DNA of 64,000 nucleotides from Marsupella aquatica (lineage: Eukaryota > Plantae > Marchantiophyta). Within the stretch, counting starts at the first letter, position 1; each line of letters opens with the position of its first letter. A model generated the notes under the pieces. That model worked only from the letters and a program-made list of their open reading frames with translations, ran no database searches and was not told the DNA's origin. Positions 24,933-36,900 of this stretch are shown piece after piece. Both the position numbers and the translations under genes were made by a program. The DNA is taken from assembly GCA_973895155.1 (NCBI GenBank), contig OZ316891.1, positions 8,929,875 through 8,993,874 of the forward strand, read 5' to 3'.

Positions 24933-27292
24933 CTAACCTTGTTCTAATATTATTTTCAAAAACATATTATAAATACCCATTAGACGTTTGCACGTATGTT
25001 TTGTTATTTCATAAGTTGAGGGCCCATGGGCCGCACATTCTACACCATGTTGTTCATTGTGACCTCCTTCTATGGAAGTAGGCCTCGGGCCATCATTTGT
25101 TATTGTTCTTTCATCATATTGTTTGTACATAGACGTATGAGGGTTTCTCAACTTTGTGAGCCCTTTTTGCACCCTCAAATTTTTGAATACAAAAACCAAG
25201 TCCTTTTCCCGATTATTGGTCAACTTGTTACGGCTTTTTGAATGGATAAAGTCGTACGAACTCCAATTTCGTTCGCATGAAGATGCACACATTTGTTGAT
25301 GCGTGATTCTTCTGGCCATTAATCTTAGCTCCGCGTAATCAGCCCCATACAAATGCCATCACTCCCCCAAACATAATTTTCCAATATTGGATGATGCTCC
25401 TCTGATTGCAACCGATGAATTTGGCAAAAAAAAATTTGCCTCAAATGCTTGCATTTGGATGTCATAAATAAGTGTCATCACATCTTGATCATGGTTGATT
25501 TCTGCCTTCACCTTGTGTTCTGCATATCTACAAACGTAATCATTGAAGCCTCTATACAGTTCTGCATCTCCTGCCACATCTTCATCTTCATCGAAGAAAA
25601 ATTGAGGATTCAGGTATGCTGCTGCTAACATGAAATTGATAGTAAGTGATTTTTGTCGATCCATATACACTTTCATTATCTTTGGTTTTAAGTAATCCGT
25701 TACTAATGTACACCCCTCCATGCTCGCCTGTAGTTTAGCTATTCCTTTTTTCAAGCTCCAATATAGCCAAGGAGACTGTGGTGAAACTCCATCAAATTCC
25801 CGCAACATCTTCACCAACGGCAGGAAAAAAGTGACTGTAGATTTTACTTGAGCCCATAATGTATCTTGTTGTATCCACGATTTAAGTTCGTCTGTCTTTG
25901 CCCTCGTCATATGCCCTGTGACTTTGGTCGAACTGGCAGTCGATCACGATAGGATTGCCATTTATCATCAATGACCATTTTTTGTAAAGCTCCTCTTAGC
26001 TCCAATGCTCTCTGCACCACTAAAAAAATTGTTGCAAATCTCATCGCATTTGGATTTAACAACTTCCTGTAACCAGATTTCCTCAAAAATATTGTAGACA
26101 ACTTTTGTGATGATGTAACTGCTTTAACTATCCATCTCAAGTGCTTAAAAATCACTTTGAATGGATTTTTTTCCGCTCATCTAGCACTACATTCTTGTGG
26201 CCATACATGTCTTCTAGCAACAAATTAAACACGTGGGCAACACACCAACTCCACGTCACATGCGGATATTTTTTCATGACTATCTCTTCACCTGCTAAAC
26301 GATTTGCAGGCGCCCCATCAGTAACAATTTGTATGATGTGATCGGCGCCAATGTCATCTATGTATTTTAACCACATGTCACCAAGATACTTTCCATCTTT
26401 CTTGTCAGCTTGTGCAGCGTTCCAACTATCCAAAAAGAAGTCTCCTTTTGAACTCAACAACATGACATTCATCAAAGGTTCTCTTCGGATATTTTCCCAT
26501 TCATCGGATGAAAGGGAATATCCAAAGGATTTTATCTCCTTCATTGTTTTTGTCATGTCCTTTGTAAGATCAACTCTAGCTTCTTCCAATAATTTCATTC
26601 GCAAATTTTGCATACCCGGAAGAGAATATCCATTTACAATCCCCGGTTATAATCCCTTTTGAGGTTTCTGTGACTGCTTCATGGAAGAAAGGATTCTCCG
26701 ATACATTGAACGAAATACCACTTGAATAAAAAGCTTTTGCCCATAGCTTATTCAAATGAGCTCTATTTGGAATTTGATAAGCATCCATGATTGGGTTTGC
26801 AAAATTTGATGCCCTACTTCAATGACTCATATTTCCATCCTCATTGAGGTCAACAAAATTTGAGTCTCGAGTTGATGCTTGCGAATTGGAAGATGGGTTA
26901 TATGACCTACGACCTCTCATTCAGAACATGACTTCCATCACTTCGTTTGTACTTTATGGATGGGTCAAATTTTATGACATTGTACATTCTATTGATGTCA
27001 TCTAAGTCAACAACTCCATACAAGCCTGTGCAAGGTGGCGCATCTCCTTTGTTTATGTTTTCCATCAATGTGCTTTTGCTCGTGTTGCATGATGCGTTGT
27101 ATATTTCTTGCAAAATTTGCATCTTCGATATATACGATTAATATCATTACATGCTGATGGCGTATCACATCATTCAAAATATTTCCACACTGGGGAAAAT
27201 TTTGCACTACGATCTCGATTGTGATTTCCACCGTGCCTAACAGGAGTAGAATGAGTTGATGAGTTGCCCGACTCATCTTCTTCGGAAGACAT
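24933..27292 (-). pseudogene. hAT-superfamily transposase with N-terminal BED zinc finger, DUF659-type core and C-terminal dimerisation motif; decayed
   Basis: From ATG 27292: SPVWKYFE*...RCKFCKK...ATRAKAH (BED). Then KAFYSSGISFNVSENPFF, SLSSDEWENIRREPLMNV, IIQIVTDGA, WSWCVAHVFNLLLED, NAMRFAT, AAAYLNP, SSCERNWSSYDFIHSKSRNKL. Multiple stops and frameshifts. Confidence 0.92.
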
Positions 27293-27919
27293 GATCGAAA
27301 ACAAGAACTTTACACAAAAAGTGTCTTCTTATACATCGCTAAACATAGTCACTTAATAAAATTTCAATGATTATTTGTTAGTCTTTTGAAGTAACAACAA
27401 GAAAACAAGAAAACATACTATGAAATATCACCGCCGGTTCTCTTTTGTTTTTTGGTTGTTAACATTCCTATCCGACGTATGTGATATCTATAATTTAATG
27501 AGCATTTGCAGATATAGTGAAAACATATCAGACAATTTGTGATAATCATGCAAAATATCACACGTCAAGCCTTAGCTCCAAACATGTGTACATGAATGTC
27601 AACATTGTCAAAATTTGTTTCACAATACCCACAAGTACCACTAAATTGTTAAAAGATAACAAGAAAATTATTATGCGGATTACCACATGCCGAGTAAAAC
27701 CTCCAAGCACGCGCGCACAAAACTCTTCTCTATCCCTCCTTACATAGAGTGCTCTACTTTTGGTGAAGTGTGTCTAATAAAAAAACTCAAGGTTATATAC
27801 AATTTAGAATGGAGACACGTTCTATATTTAGCGGGGTTGACCTACTAGATAAGCAAGAAATCCAGACCACCCCAAATTAGCAGATATCGCTTACCCCACT
27901 CGGGTTTATCCACAACTTT

Positions 27920-28293
27920 AAAACCCGGGCCTCCCTTCACCCGGGCTGGGCTCCCTCCTCCCTCCACCCGGGCCTCCCTCCTCCCGGGCCTCCCTTCACC
28001 CGGGCCGGGCCTCCCTCCACCCGGGCCGGGCCTCCCTCCTCACCCGAGCCGGGCCGGGATGTAAAGCCGGGGCCGGGGCCAGGATGGCAGCAGGCAGGCC
28101 AGGTCCGGGTGACGAGAGGTAGGGGAGGGGCCGGGCCGGTAGCCGGGAAAGGAAGCGCGGTACAGTCCGGGAAGAGGCCGGGAGAAGTTCAGGCTGGGCC
28201 GGGGAATAACAGCGAATATGCGTCAAATGAGGGCACTTCAGGCCGGCAAATGACGAGTTTACGTGTCGGGCAACTCGCCGAGTTGCCCGTCAC
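27920..28293. repeat. hAT subterminal GC-rich repeats (CCCGGGCC(GGGCC)TCCCT) and terminal hairpin
   Basis: Tandem CCCGGGCCTCCCT units at 27924-28050 with inverse-oriented copies to ~28200; perfect inverted repeat CGGGCAACTCG-C-CGAGTTGCCCG at 28267-28289. Confidence 0.8.
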
Positions 28294-29453
28294 ATCAAAC
28301 CGGGCTGTTGGCCTCCCAAATTTAAATTCAGAAAAAGGTACAGTGCCAACGTCTCCTAAACATGATAGGTCCAATATCTTATTCTGAGTAGATAGCACTC
28401 AATTCTGACTGATGAATTGAACCACGTCTAGGATTCACAACGAGAAACGTTCCTCCACCAACCTTGTTCATTTTTAATGACTAAGGAACTGAGAATACCA
28501 CAGGGTAAATTTGAGATTCAGAGGCCTCCAACAGGTAAAAACCAATTGAGATCGTCAGTAGACAAAAGAGAAAGTCGATTGATCGGTGAATGACAAGGGA
28601 CTTGATAATTGAGTTAGAGAATTGTAACTGATTACAAAGAGGATTATCTGAGCACTGCACCCAAAAGCTTGTCCTAGAGCAAAAGAAAAGAGCAATTAGA
28701 GTGGAAACATAGAAGATTAATCAGCCAGTCTGACTAAATTTTCTTCTATATGCCTCAGGTTAGCTATTTTGAATTCGGCAGTACAAATTTGTGGCCTCAC
28801 GATAGAAAAAGAAACTGATTTGACGCTTTGATGTCAAAGTTCAGCGTTTTAGGGTTGGAGTGTTCAACCGATCTGCTACCGAATTCAACGCAATCTGTAA
28901 GGCAAAACTTCAGCAAAACTTTAGGATTATCGGTTATGAAGGCATACCAGGCCAATTGGTTTACAGACTTCTCTTGCAGAAATCACGTGGCACAAGACGA
29001 GCTGTTGCCGAAGAAGTCATGCAGAACCCTAACCAGGACTGGGCGGGACAATTGAGTGAAAATCACAGGTTGTCAACTCACAAGTATCCGAGACAAGGGG
29101 AACTAGTAAGTCCAAAAGCAGAGGAATGATGTAGAGCCGTGACCAGAATTGTGCAGGACCATTGAGTGATATTCACAGGGTGTCAACTCACCAGTATCAA
29201 ACTATGTCAACTGGAAAATTCTCTTGTATTTATAGAAGGCACACCAAAAGCAGTGGTCACTGCCGGATGTCAAAATTTACAGGCGATTGTTGCAATCATC
29301 AGAGGATTCCTAAGCTCATTTAAATCAAATTTCAGTATACCTCAATCAAGTCCTGAAATTCGTAGCTCTAAGCAACGACTTTGTATGGTGAAATGGCCCT
29401 CCTGCAGTTGAGCATTTGCATGCCCATTTCTCTCACTGTACATCTATCTTGCT

Positions 29454-30434
29454 CTACACCTTCGCCTTGGTCATCCAATCTGCGGCCTTTTCCTTCCACT
29501 CAGGCCTCCAGCGGGTCAATGGAGGACGACCCTCCACAATATCTCCCACGCTCCACAACATTCTCTTCTTGTCCACCTCCTCAGTGACATCATTGTCTGG
29601 ACAGATGATCCAGAACTGCTCCTCTGCCATTTTCTTCTCTAGATAATCCACTACTTGCTCCGGAGCCCAGGCTCCTTCTGGCTTAGTACTGGGAGTGCTG
29701 GCTCCCCCAATGCCTGTGTACGTCCAGCCAGGTACTAGGAAATGCACGTTGATCGGAGCTTTCTCCTCGCCGTCCTTCGCCCTCAAGTCATATGAGAGGT
29801 GCTCCGCAATCGTTTTGACAGCTGCTTTCGAGGCGTTGTATGCAGGGTTTCCGGGCGGGTTTGTGATGCCCTGCTTCGATCCGGTGATGATGATTGCAGC
29901 AGGGTTGGAAGCGGATGCCTTAGCTTGGATGGAGGGCAAGAAGGTCGTGATCCCGTGGATGACGCCAAATAGGTTGGTGTCAATTATCTTGTGGAAGTAC
30001 GCCGTATCGGTCCACGAGCCCTTTCCACCAATGCCAGCGTTGAGCGCGAGGAGGTCAATGCGTCCTGTTGCTCGATCCCTTAATTAGTTCACATTAAATT
30101 GAAAATAGAACGACACGACAACTAGTTTTCACTATGGGAAGGAAAAGAGAATAGAGCAAGAAAGAGAAGCGGAAGCCAGAAAGTGCATACCAAAGTCCTT
30201 CTCGACGCTTTTCCTCAGCTCGCTCCATTCGTCGATCTTGGACACATCCACTACAAACGTGCTGGTCCTTTCCCCGAGGCTCGTCTTCGCTTTATCCAGG
30301 TTCTCCTTGTTGACGTCGACGATGGCAACACGCATTCCGTAACTGTGACATTTCTGGGCGAGTGCAAGACCGATTCCAGATGCTCCGCCAGTGATGAGGG
30401 CATTGTTACCAGCTTTGAAGACACTCACTGCCAT
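29454..30434 (-). CDS. Classical short-chain dehydrogenase/reductase, fungal-like, 2 exons (~284 aa), intact
   Basis: Exon 1 30434-30191, intron 30190-30065 (GTATGC...AACTAAT...CAG), exon 2 30064-29454; 855 nt, in frame. Motifs TGGASGIG, LNAG, TGSKQG, YNASK, LVPGWTYTG. Confidence 0.93.
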
Positions 30435-30996
30435 GATTGTTGCTTTGCGTGAGGACTGCTGGAGTGGGGTACGAACTCAGGATAATCCGAAAGCTCTTGG
30501 GGAAGAGTCAACGAGAGGAGGAACCAGACCAACACTCAATTTTCCAGAATGGAGAGAAAGGGCGAGAGCCAATTTGGATGTGGAGCTCCGTGAGACTCTT
30601 TGTCGAGAGGACTGAAATGAAAATCTCTCAACGAAACTTTGGGAAGGTAGCCAAAGAGAGTAGCTTCCAGGCCAACATCCAGTTTTCCAGATTGGAGAGA
30701 AAGGGCAGATTGCGAATTACAGTACGAAGATTACTGGAGCTTTGGACAATCTCAACGAAGCACTTGCGAATAGAATTTAGTACAGATCTTTCCAGAAAAA
30801 GGGCAGATTGTGACGAGCACTGTAGGGCTGCGGCTTGAAGACCCTTTTGTTGGGAGGACTGAAATGCGAATCGTCGATGAATGTTGTCCACAATTGTCAG
30901 TCGCCAAGCAGGACGCGTGGCAAAATCTGTTGAATCAGTGATCGCCACATCATGTGAACGGACCCCTGCACGGCCTATAGAAGGAAATACAATTAA

Positions 30997-31141
30997 TTCT
31001 CTCTAAGTGCACACTCTGGTGAAGAGAGATCCAGCATGCACTTAATCAGGTGTTGCATTCTCTAACTAGGTGTTGCATTCTCTAAGTGCACACTCCAGGG
31101 AAGAGGGGATCCAGCATGCACTTAACCAGGTGTTGCATTCC
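30997..31141. repeat. Short tandem duplication (~80 bp period)
   Basis: TCTCTAAGTGCACACTC...GATCCAGCATGCACTTAA(T/C)CAGGTGTTGCATTC occurs twice, with an extra partial AGGTGTTGCATTCTCTAA. Confidence 0.75.
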
Positions 31142-31457
31142 TTGATAATCAGCACCCCCCCAAAGTGCACTTATTAATAAATGTATATGATTTACATCCC
31201 TTTTGTTAAATGTATAATGGCCCCTCAGTTAGTGAACAGCCTCGTACCTGGTAGCACTGCTCTAAATTCTGTTAGTGCATTTTTGACTAAGAATGTGCAT
31301 GCATGTGACTGTACATGCAATTTTAGGGGATTGTGCGTGTACCAATAAGTAGGGATACATGCTTATCAAAGGTACTTGCTCATAAAGTTATCATTTAACT
31401 AAATGATTCCAGCGTTCTGTTCTGTGTAAATAAAGGAAAAGAGCCTTTTCACAACTC

Positions 31458-31798
31458 TTTTTTTTTTTGCCTTAAACCTAAAGTAGACCCAGACCCATCC
31501 AACAGAATATAGAATACACCTAAAGTAGACCCATCCAACACAATATAGAAGTTCTATTTTGGAGTATGCACCACTCTAGGGTAACTCACAAGGGGGACAC
31601 AACAAGAACCCAAACCAGGAGGGAGAGAGGGTTGAACCAGGGTTCCAAAACAGGCTTAACAAGGGCCCAAGAGGAAAAACCAGGTCTCCCACCACTATTT
31701 CCCACCCAAGGATACACTTCACACCCATGTGTATGAAGGGATTGAACCTGGGACCTCTGGGTTCTCATCCCCTGGCCAACTGACCAAAGCCAGCTGGT
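31458..31798 (-). mobile_element. tRNA-derived SINE-like element
   Basis: Minus strand: A-box-like TGGCTTTGGTCAGTTGG (31792-31776), B-box GGTTCAATCCC (31748-31738) in the tRNA-like context GAGGTCCCAGGTTCAATCCC, and an A11 tail at 31468-31458. TSD not clear. Confidence 0.55.
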
Positions 31799-31954
31799 TC
31801 ACTTCTTATGGCTCTCCCCTGTTTAGTGCTTGGCTGAAGGGGAACCTGAGCTTCTAACTGAAGGGAAAGTGAAATTTTCTTTGAAATTCTCATCAGTTAC
31901 CATTAGGCCAAAATCAATCTTTTTTTGGATTGACGGGGGTTAATCGAAGGTTCC

Positions 31955-32251
31955 TTAAACCACACCTGCCCTAAAAAGGGCTACGAGTAACCCGTAGCTC
32001 TCATTTTAAGGAGTAGAAATTCAGAAATGGACTTTGAGCTCCACAAAAGGTGCTGACTGCAAAACCTTTTTTTGGCAAGTACTCCGAAATTCAGAAATGG
32101 GCTTTGAGTTCCACAAAAGGTGTGCAAAACCTTTTTTTGACAAGTACTCCACAAAAAATGGTAGTGTTACACCTTTTATGTTAGTGTTACACCTGTTATG
32201 GTGAGTAGTGTGACATGGAATGAGACTTTTATAGTGGCAGGTGTGGTTTAA
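31955..32251. mobile_element. MITE (~290 bp) flanked by TA/TTAA
   Basis: TTAAACCACACCTGCC (31955-31970) and GGCAGGTGTGGTTTAA (32236-32251) are perfect inverted repeats; internal duplication of GAAATTCAGAAATGG.CTTTGAG.TCCACAAAAGGTG. Confidence 0.8.
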
Positions 32252-33928
32252 CTTTGTTTCGTCCTAAAGCGCCCGTGTTTAATCTCTAAAACCTGGATCC
32301 ACCACGTTTCTAATACAGGAGAAGTTTCATAGTGATGTCAAACTGTACAAGCTTCCTAACTTCACCCAACAGAAGCTTTCTAACTAATACAGAATGAGAA
32401 TCGCCCAGAGTGAGGGAGAATCGAGTAGGAGAGAAAGTGTAAAGCGAAGACTAAAAGAGCCGTGCACAAGAGCTGCATAACTCCTATTGAGAATTCAGAA
32501 TTGGTAGACATTGATGAGCCACATGCCATCAGGCATCAGGCTGGGCTTGAGATAGAATTGCTGCGGTGACGTTGGAAACAACTCACAGAAGCAGTTGCGT
32601 GAGCAAATTTGGTGAGCAAATTCATGACCAAATGGCCAAATTCTTAAGCAAGTTTGCCGTCGAGCACAGGTGATTGTGGTCAGATGTGGTTGCTCCAGCC
32701 TCGACCCGTGAGATATCTTCAAGAGGGGATATGAATTTTGAAGCCTGCCGCTGCTGGAGCCGTCCAAGATGAGACCAGGACAGAGGGCTCTCCCTTTTCT
32801 TTCTACAGCTGTGAATGTGTCCGTAGATCCAGGCAGATTTCAGGCAGGGGTGCAACATTGATTGGGGGCGAATTATGGAAAACTTCTGGGTTTTCTCGAG
32901 CACGGCTGGGCGATTAGAGACGAAGAATGCATACATTGGAAAATTGGGGGAGCACAGGATCTCGATCAGCAGTCAGCACTCGTATCCAAACGAGAAGGAA
33001 AATAATGGTTTGATTTTATATCTGTATCTATCGTAATCGATCCTCTCTTGCGAGGGTCTTTCGTCTGTACAGAATGTACGTCATCGGTAAGTTTTAAGGC
33101 TGTCGGCTTCTACAGATCTTACTAGTAATTGCTCACTAGGATTGAAGCAGTAACCAAACTGGGATACACTGTCATTAATTCTATCGGGGCTCTTGTCCAT
33201 TCCTGCCCAAGAATGCTTCTGCGTTAACATATGCAAAATCAATGTACATCATCCAAAGCTCTAATCCCAAAAGGCAGACCTTCATTTTGAAGGTGTGTCC
33301 AACAGGACTTCCTATTTGAATTTGTGCAAAGGATCATTGGGCAGTAATCTCATAGTTTACCAGAATGGAATCCTATCAGGCCAACGCCTCTTCTTTGCTG
33401 CAATTCCTCCCAGAGCTGCAATTCATACGATTTCTCTTGGTATGAAAGCCAAGCCAAGCCAAGCCAAGCCTAGCAAGCTATATGATCTGTAGGTCTCGGC
33501 ATGCCATGGGTGACTTACAGTCCTCACCCCGTTCGATTGCCATGGAGTCCCTGTCATGTCTATATGTCATACTTCTTATTCATCAGGTGCTACGTGCATG
33601 CGTCAGCTGCAGTATTCAGCCGAGGCCAAAGAATTCGCACCATTTCGATCAGTGCATGATTTAGTATCTCGCTGATATCTCAGATATGCTTCGTATCGAA
33701 AGTCTTCTAGTTTTAAAAACTGGTGATAATCTGAAATTCAACGATCTTTATATCTAGGGAACTAAATGGAACCTCGCACCGATATTCCCAAGGACTCAAC
33801 ACAAGCCTAGGTTGCTCCACATACTTCAAATTTCTGTGGAGTGTAGGAAGGCTGAATTCGAATTGTGATCTATTGAGGAAAAATGGCGAGATCGAGAAAG
33901 ATATGATGAGTGGCTTTTGATGTCCCTA

Positions 33929-36900
33929 TCAAGGAAACTGGAAGCTGCTGCTGCCAAGGCCACTGGAGTCAGATGGAGGGTTAATGGTAACCCACAACAG
34001 AGAGATGACAATGGACAGAAGACCAGCCCAAACAAACACAATCGTGGGAGTTCTTCCTTTCCTTCCCATGAGACCCTTGGCGAACGGGTAAAGATGAACA
34101 AGTACCCAGAGACTGAAAAACACACCCCCCACCAGCTTACTCCATTGTGGGATGGTGCTATACACTGTGCGAGACACGGCCACAGCGATGGCGATGATGT
34201 TCACCAGCATGATCGTGATAGGAGGGATCATGAGTGCAGTCCACTTGACCACGTATAGATCTGCGTACAGATCATCCTCATCTTCTCCTCCAGCTTTCGA
34301 GGTGAGTGTGAAAGAAATGTCCACTCCTGCAATGACCTTGAGCAGACCCTGAAATACAGCAGCCAGATGAGCGCTGGTACCACCAATCACCCAAAATTGC
34401 TCATTTCTCCACCATTCCTCTAGCGTGATGCCGGACCACTTGACTTCGAGAATGGCCAGCAAGCAGAGAGTGATGGAGATGGTGAGCAAGTAGACAAGGA
34501 ATGTAATGTTCAGGGTTGCCACAATAAACTGCCCGGAGAAGAGCGACAACGCAGGCAGAAAGCAGTACACCACGAGGAAAATCGAGGTGAATGGGTAGAC
34601 ACCGACGTTCAAGTAGGCAACTCTTTGCAGTAACTTCATGTGAGAATTGGCAAAGATGGCATTGTTCTTGGAGAAGAAAATTTCGACTGACCCAGTGGCC
34701 CATCGAAGCACTTGATGCAGACGATCAGTCAAATTGATGGGAGCAGTTCCTCGGAAAGCATCTCGTTTTGTGGCGCAGTAGACTGATCTCCACCCACGGT
34801 TGTGCATCCTGAAACCAGTCACCACATCCTCCGTAACTGACCCATAAATCCATCCCACTCGCTGGCCCCACTCGGTCTTGTCTTCGTAGAAACACGAGAT
34901 GACGCTGATGGCTTCAGCGACGGTGGCAGCATCGAGAGGCTCACGAGGTCCAGTAAGAGCCCCTACTGGCCTCCCAATGAGCACACCCTGGTCGTCAAGA
35001 GGACGTCCTTGAAATTCCGCCACTGGAATTGAAGCAATGAAAGTAATGGAACTACCGAATTGCTTGGGCAGGAGGCCTTGAGTTTCATCGTCCATTTCCT
35101 CGTCAGGAACGACCATGTCATTCAAAGTTGAGACCTCCACCTCTCTGTCAACGTTAGACTCCCTTCTCTTGTACTTCATCTCTTCTCGGGATCCACCACA
35201 GCAGCACAAATCCCAGCAAGAATATTCCTTATCATTTCGGGGAGGGTCGAATCCATAGAGTGCCAGTCTCCTGAAGACACATCCTGTTCCCACGTACACA
35301 GGGCCCTGAAGACCATCTAGAGCAATCATATTAATATCAAAGAAAACGGTGTTCCGATTCGCGTATCGATCGCTGGGATCCACGCCTTCGAACCTCTGGG
35401 GAAATTGCACATAGCAAATTCGGTCGCCGCCGCGGCCCATCATGAAGCACATGGCCTCTCGCATGGCCAGAGAGTTGTATATGTAATGATCACAATCGAG
35501 ATTGAGCATGAATGGCCCGTTGGACATGATAGCACTGGTTCGCACCAAAGCATTCATGGCTCCGGCCTTCTTGTTGTGATCGTACCCTGGCCTCTTCTCT
35601 CTAGAGACGTACACCAGCATGGGCAGGCGAATGTCGATGTCAGTAGTGTCGATCAAGTTCTCTTCATCTGTATTGCCGGTTATTGGATCGTGGCTTGGTG
35701 GCGCCAACATCACCTGCATAAATTGCAGCCAGTTCCCCAAATTCCCACAAACGATCATCAGAAATTGAACTGGCAATACCAGAATTAAAGAAATCGCCAA
35801 CTTAAACGGATTGTCTTCAGGTTTCAACCACTTAATTCTGGAGCTGGCCTTCATACCATGATCGCGTCCACTATGCTCTAGAACAATTGAGGGGTCATGG
35901 GCACGGAAATGTGCTACTAAATGGAGCTCTGTTTGGTCCTAGCTAGCTGGAAAGGTCACAGGCTGCTTTATTCCTTGTAGAGAGAGGGCAAGACTTCCAT
36001 GATTGGCAAATAGTTTGAAGGTCTACAGTAGCACTGGAGCCACAGTTGACAAGACTGCAAGTATTTCACGGATTGCAATGGTATTTAACACGATTAGACA
36101 TCGCCTGACTTAGAGAAATCAAATAGATTACAAACCTTTTGACATAAGAATATATATTTCAAAACCAAACGTCCATACATTTCTCAGAAGAATGTCATGG
36201 ATGAGACCAAAAAACTTGCATCCTCCTGAGAAAGTAGCAATCAAAATTAATTTGTGTGCAGCTTAAGTTTCAAAACCTCTTGAGATTTATGAGTGTCAGG
36301 ATGATTCTATGAATTGCCTGACAGAGCAGAGTTCGATCGTGATGGAATTTACCTGGATAATGCCTGCATGATCACCACGACCGTGCTCCTTGCCCGGAAT
36401 CACCCACGTACCGGGCCAATGCGTGCCGTCAGCCATCCAAGTAGCCTTGGCTACTCTTAGAGGCTCCGAAAGATCGACCCCCGACTCCATCTGAGTTCTC
36501 CTGGCTCGAATTTCCTCGTGAGCATTGTAAGCATCAGAACGTCGCCTGATTGAATCTGGCAGTCCATTAATCCTGACCTTGAACTCATCATATTCTCGCT
36601 TCACCCTCCTCCGATCTTTGACGAAGTCTAGACGAACTTTGCCCCTGGTGGGGTCGCCACGCATCATGAAATAGGTCTCAGGATTCCGGGGTTCGATGTT
36701 GTGCTTGCGGCAGAACGGAACCCACACCCTGGCCAAACTGGCGCCTTCGGCGAGTGCCTCAAAGGTGAGGAGAGCACCTCCATCGTCAGAAAGATAGCAA
36801 GAGAGCTTCTGGACCGGGTAGTCTGATGCCAGAATGGAAAGAATTGTGTTGGCAGTGACGAGAGGGGGCTCTTTCTCTGGATCTGCGGTCGACACGAACA

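Larger units (their letters stand above)
24710..28307 (-). mobile_element. hAT element (visible portion); probable terminus at 28307
   Basis: Transposase, then a GC-rich CCCGGGCC subterminal array ending in CACATCAAACCGGGCTG (reverse complement CAGCCCGGTTTGATGTG, a CAG-type hAT end). The partner TIR was not found in the window; the element may extend left beneath both CACTAs. Confidence 0.6.

Noticed and set aside
28828-29411. Short ORFs downstream of the SDR gene as possible additional transferred genes
   Set aside because: No motifs and no convincing start or splice structure.
30953-31196. TG...CA-bounded segment as a solo LTR
   Set aside because: No matching target-site duplication.
31738-31798. 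Functional tRNA gene
   Set aside because: A/B boxes are present but no convincing cloverleaf; a downstream body and A-tail favour a SINE.
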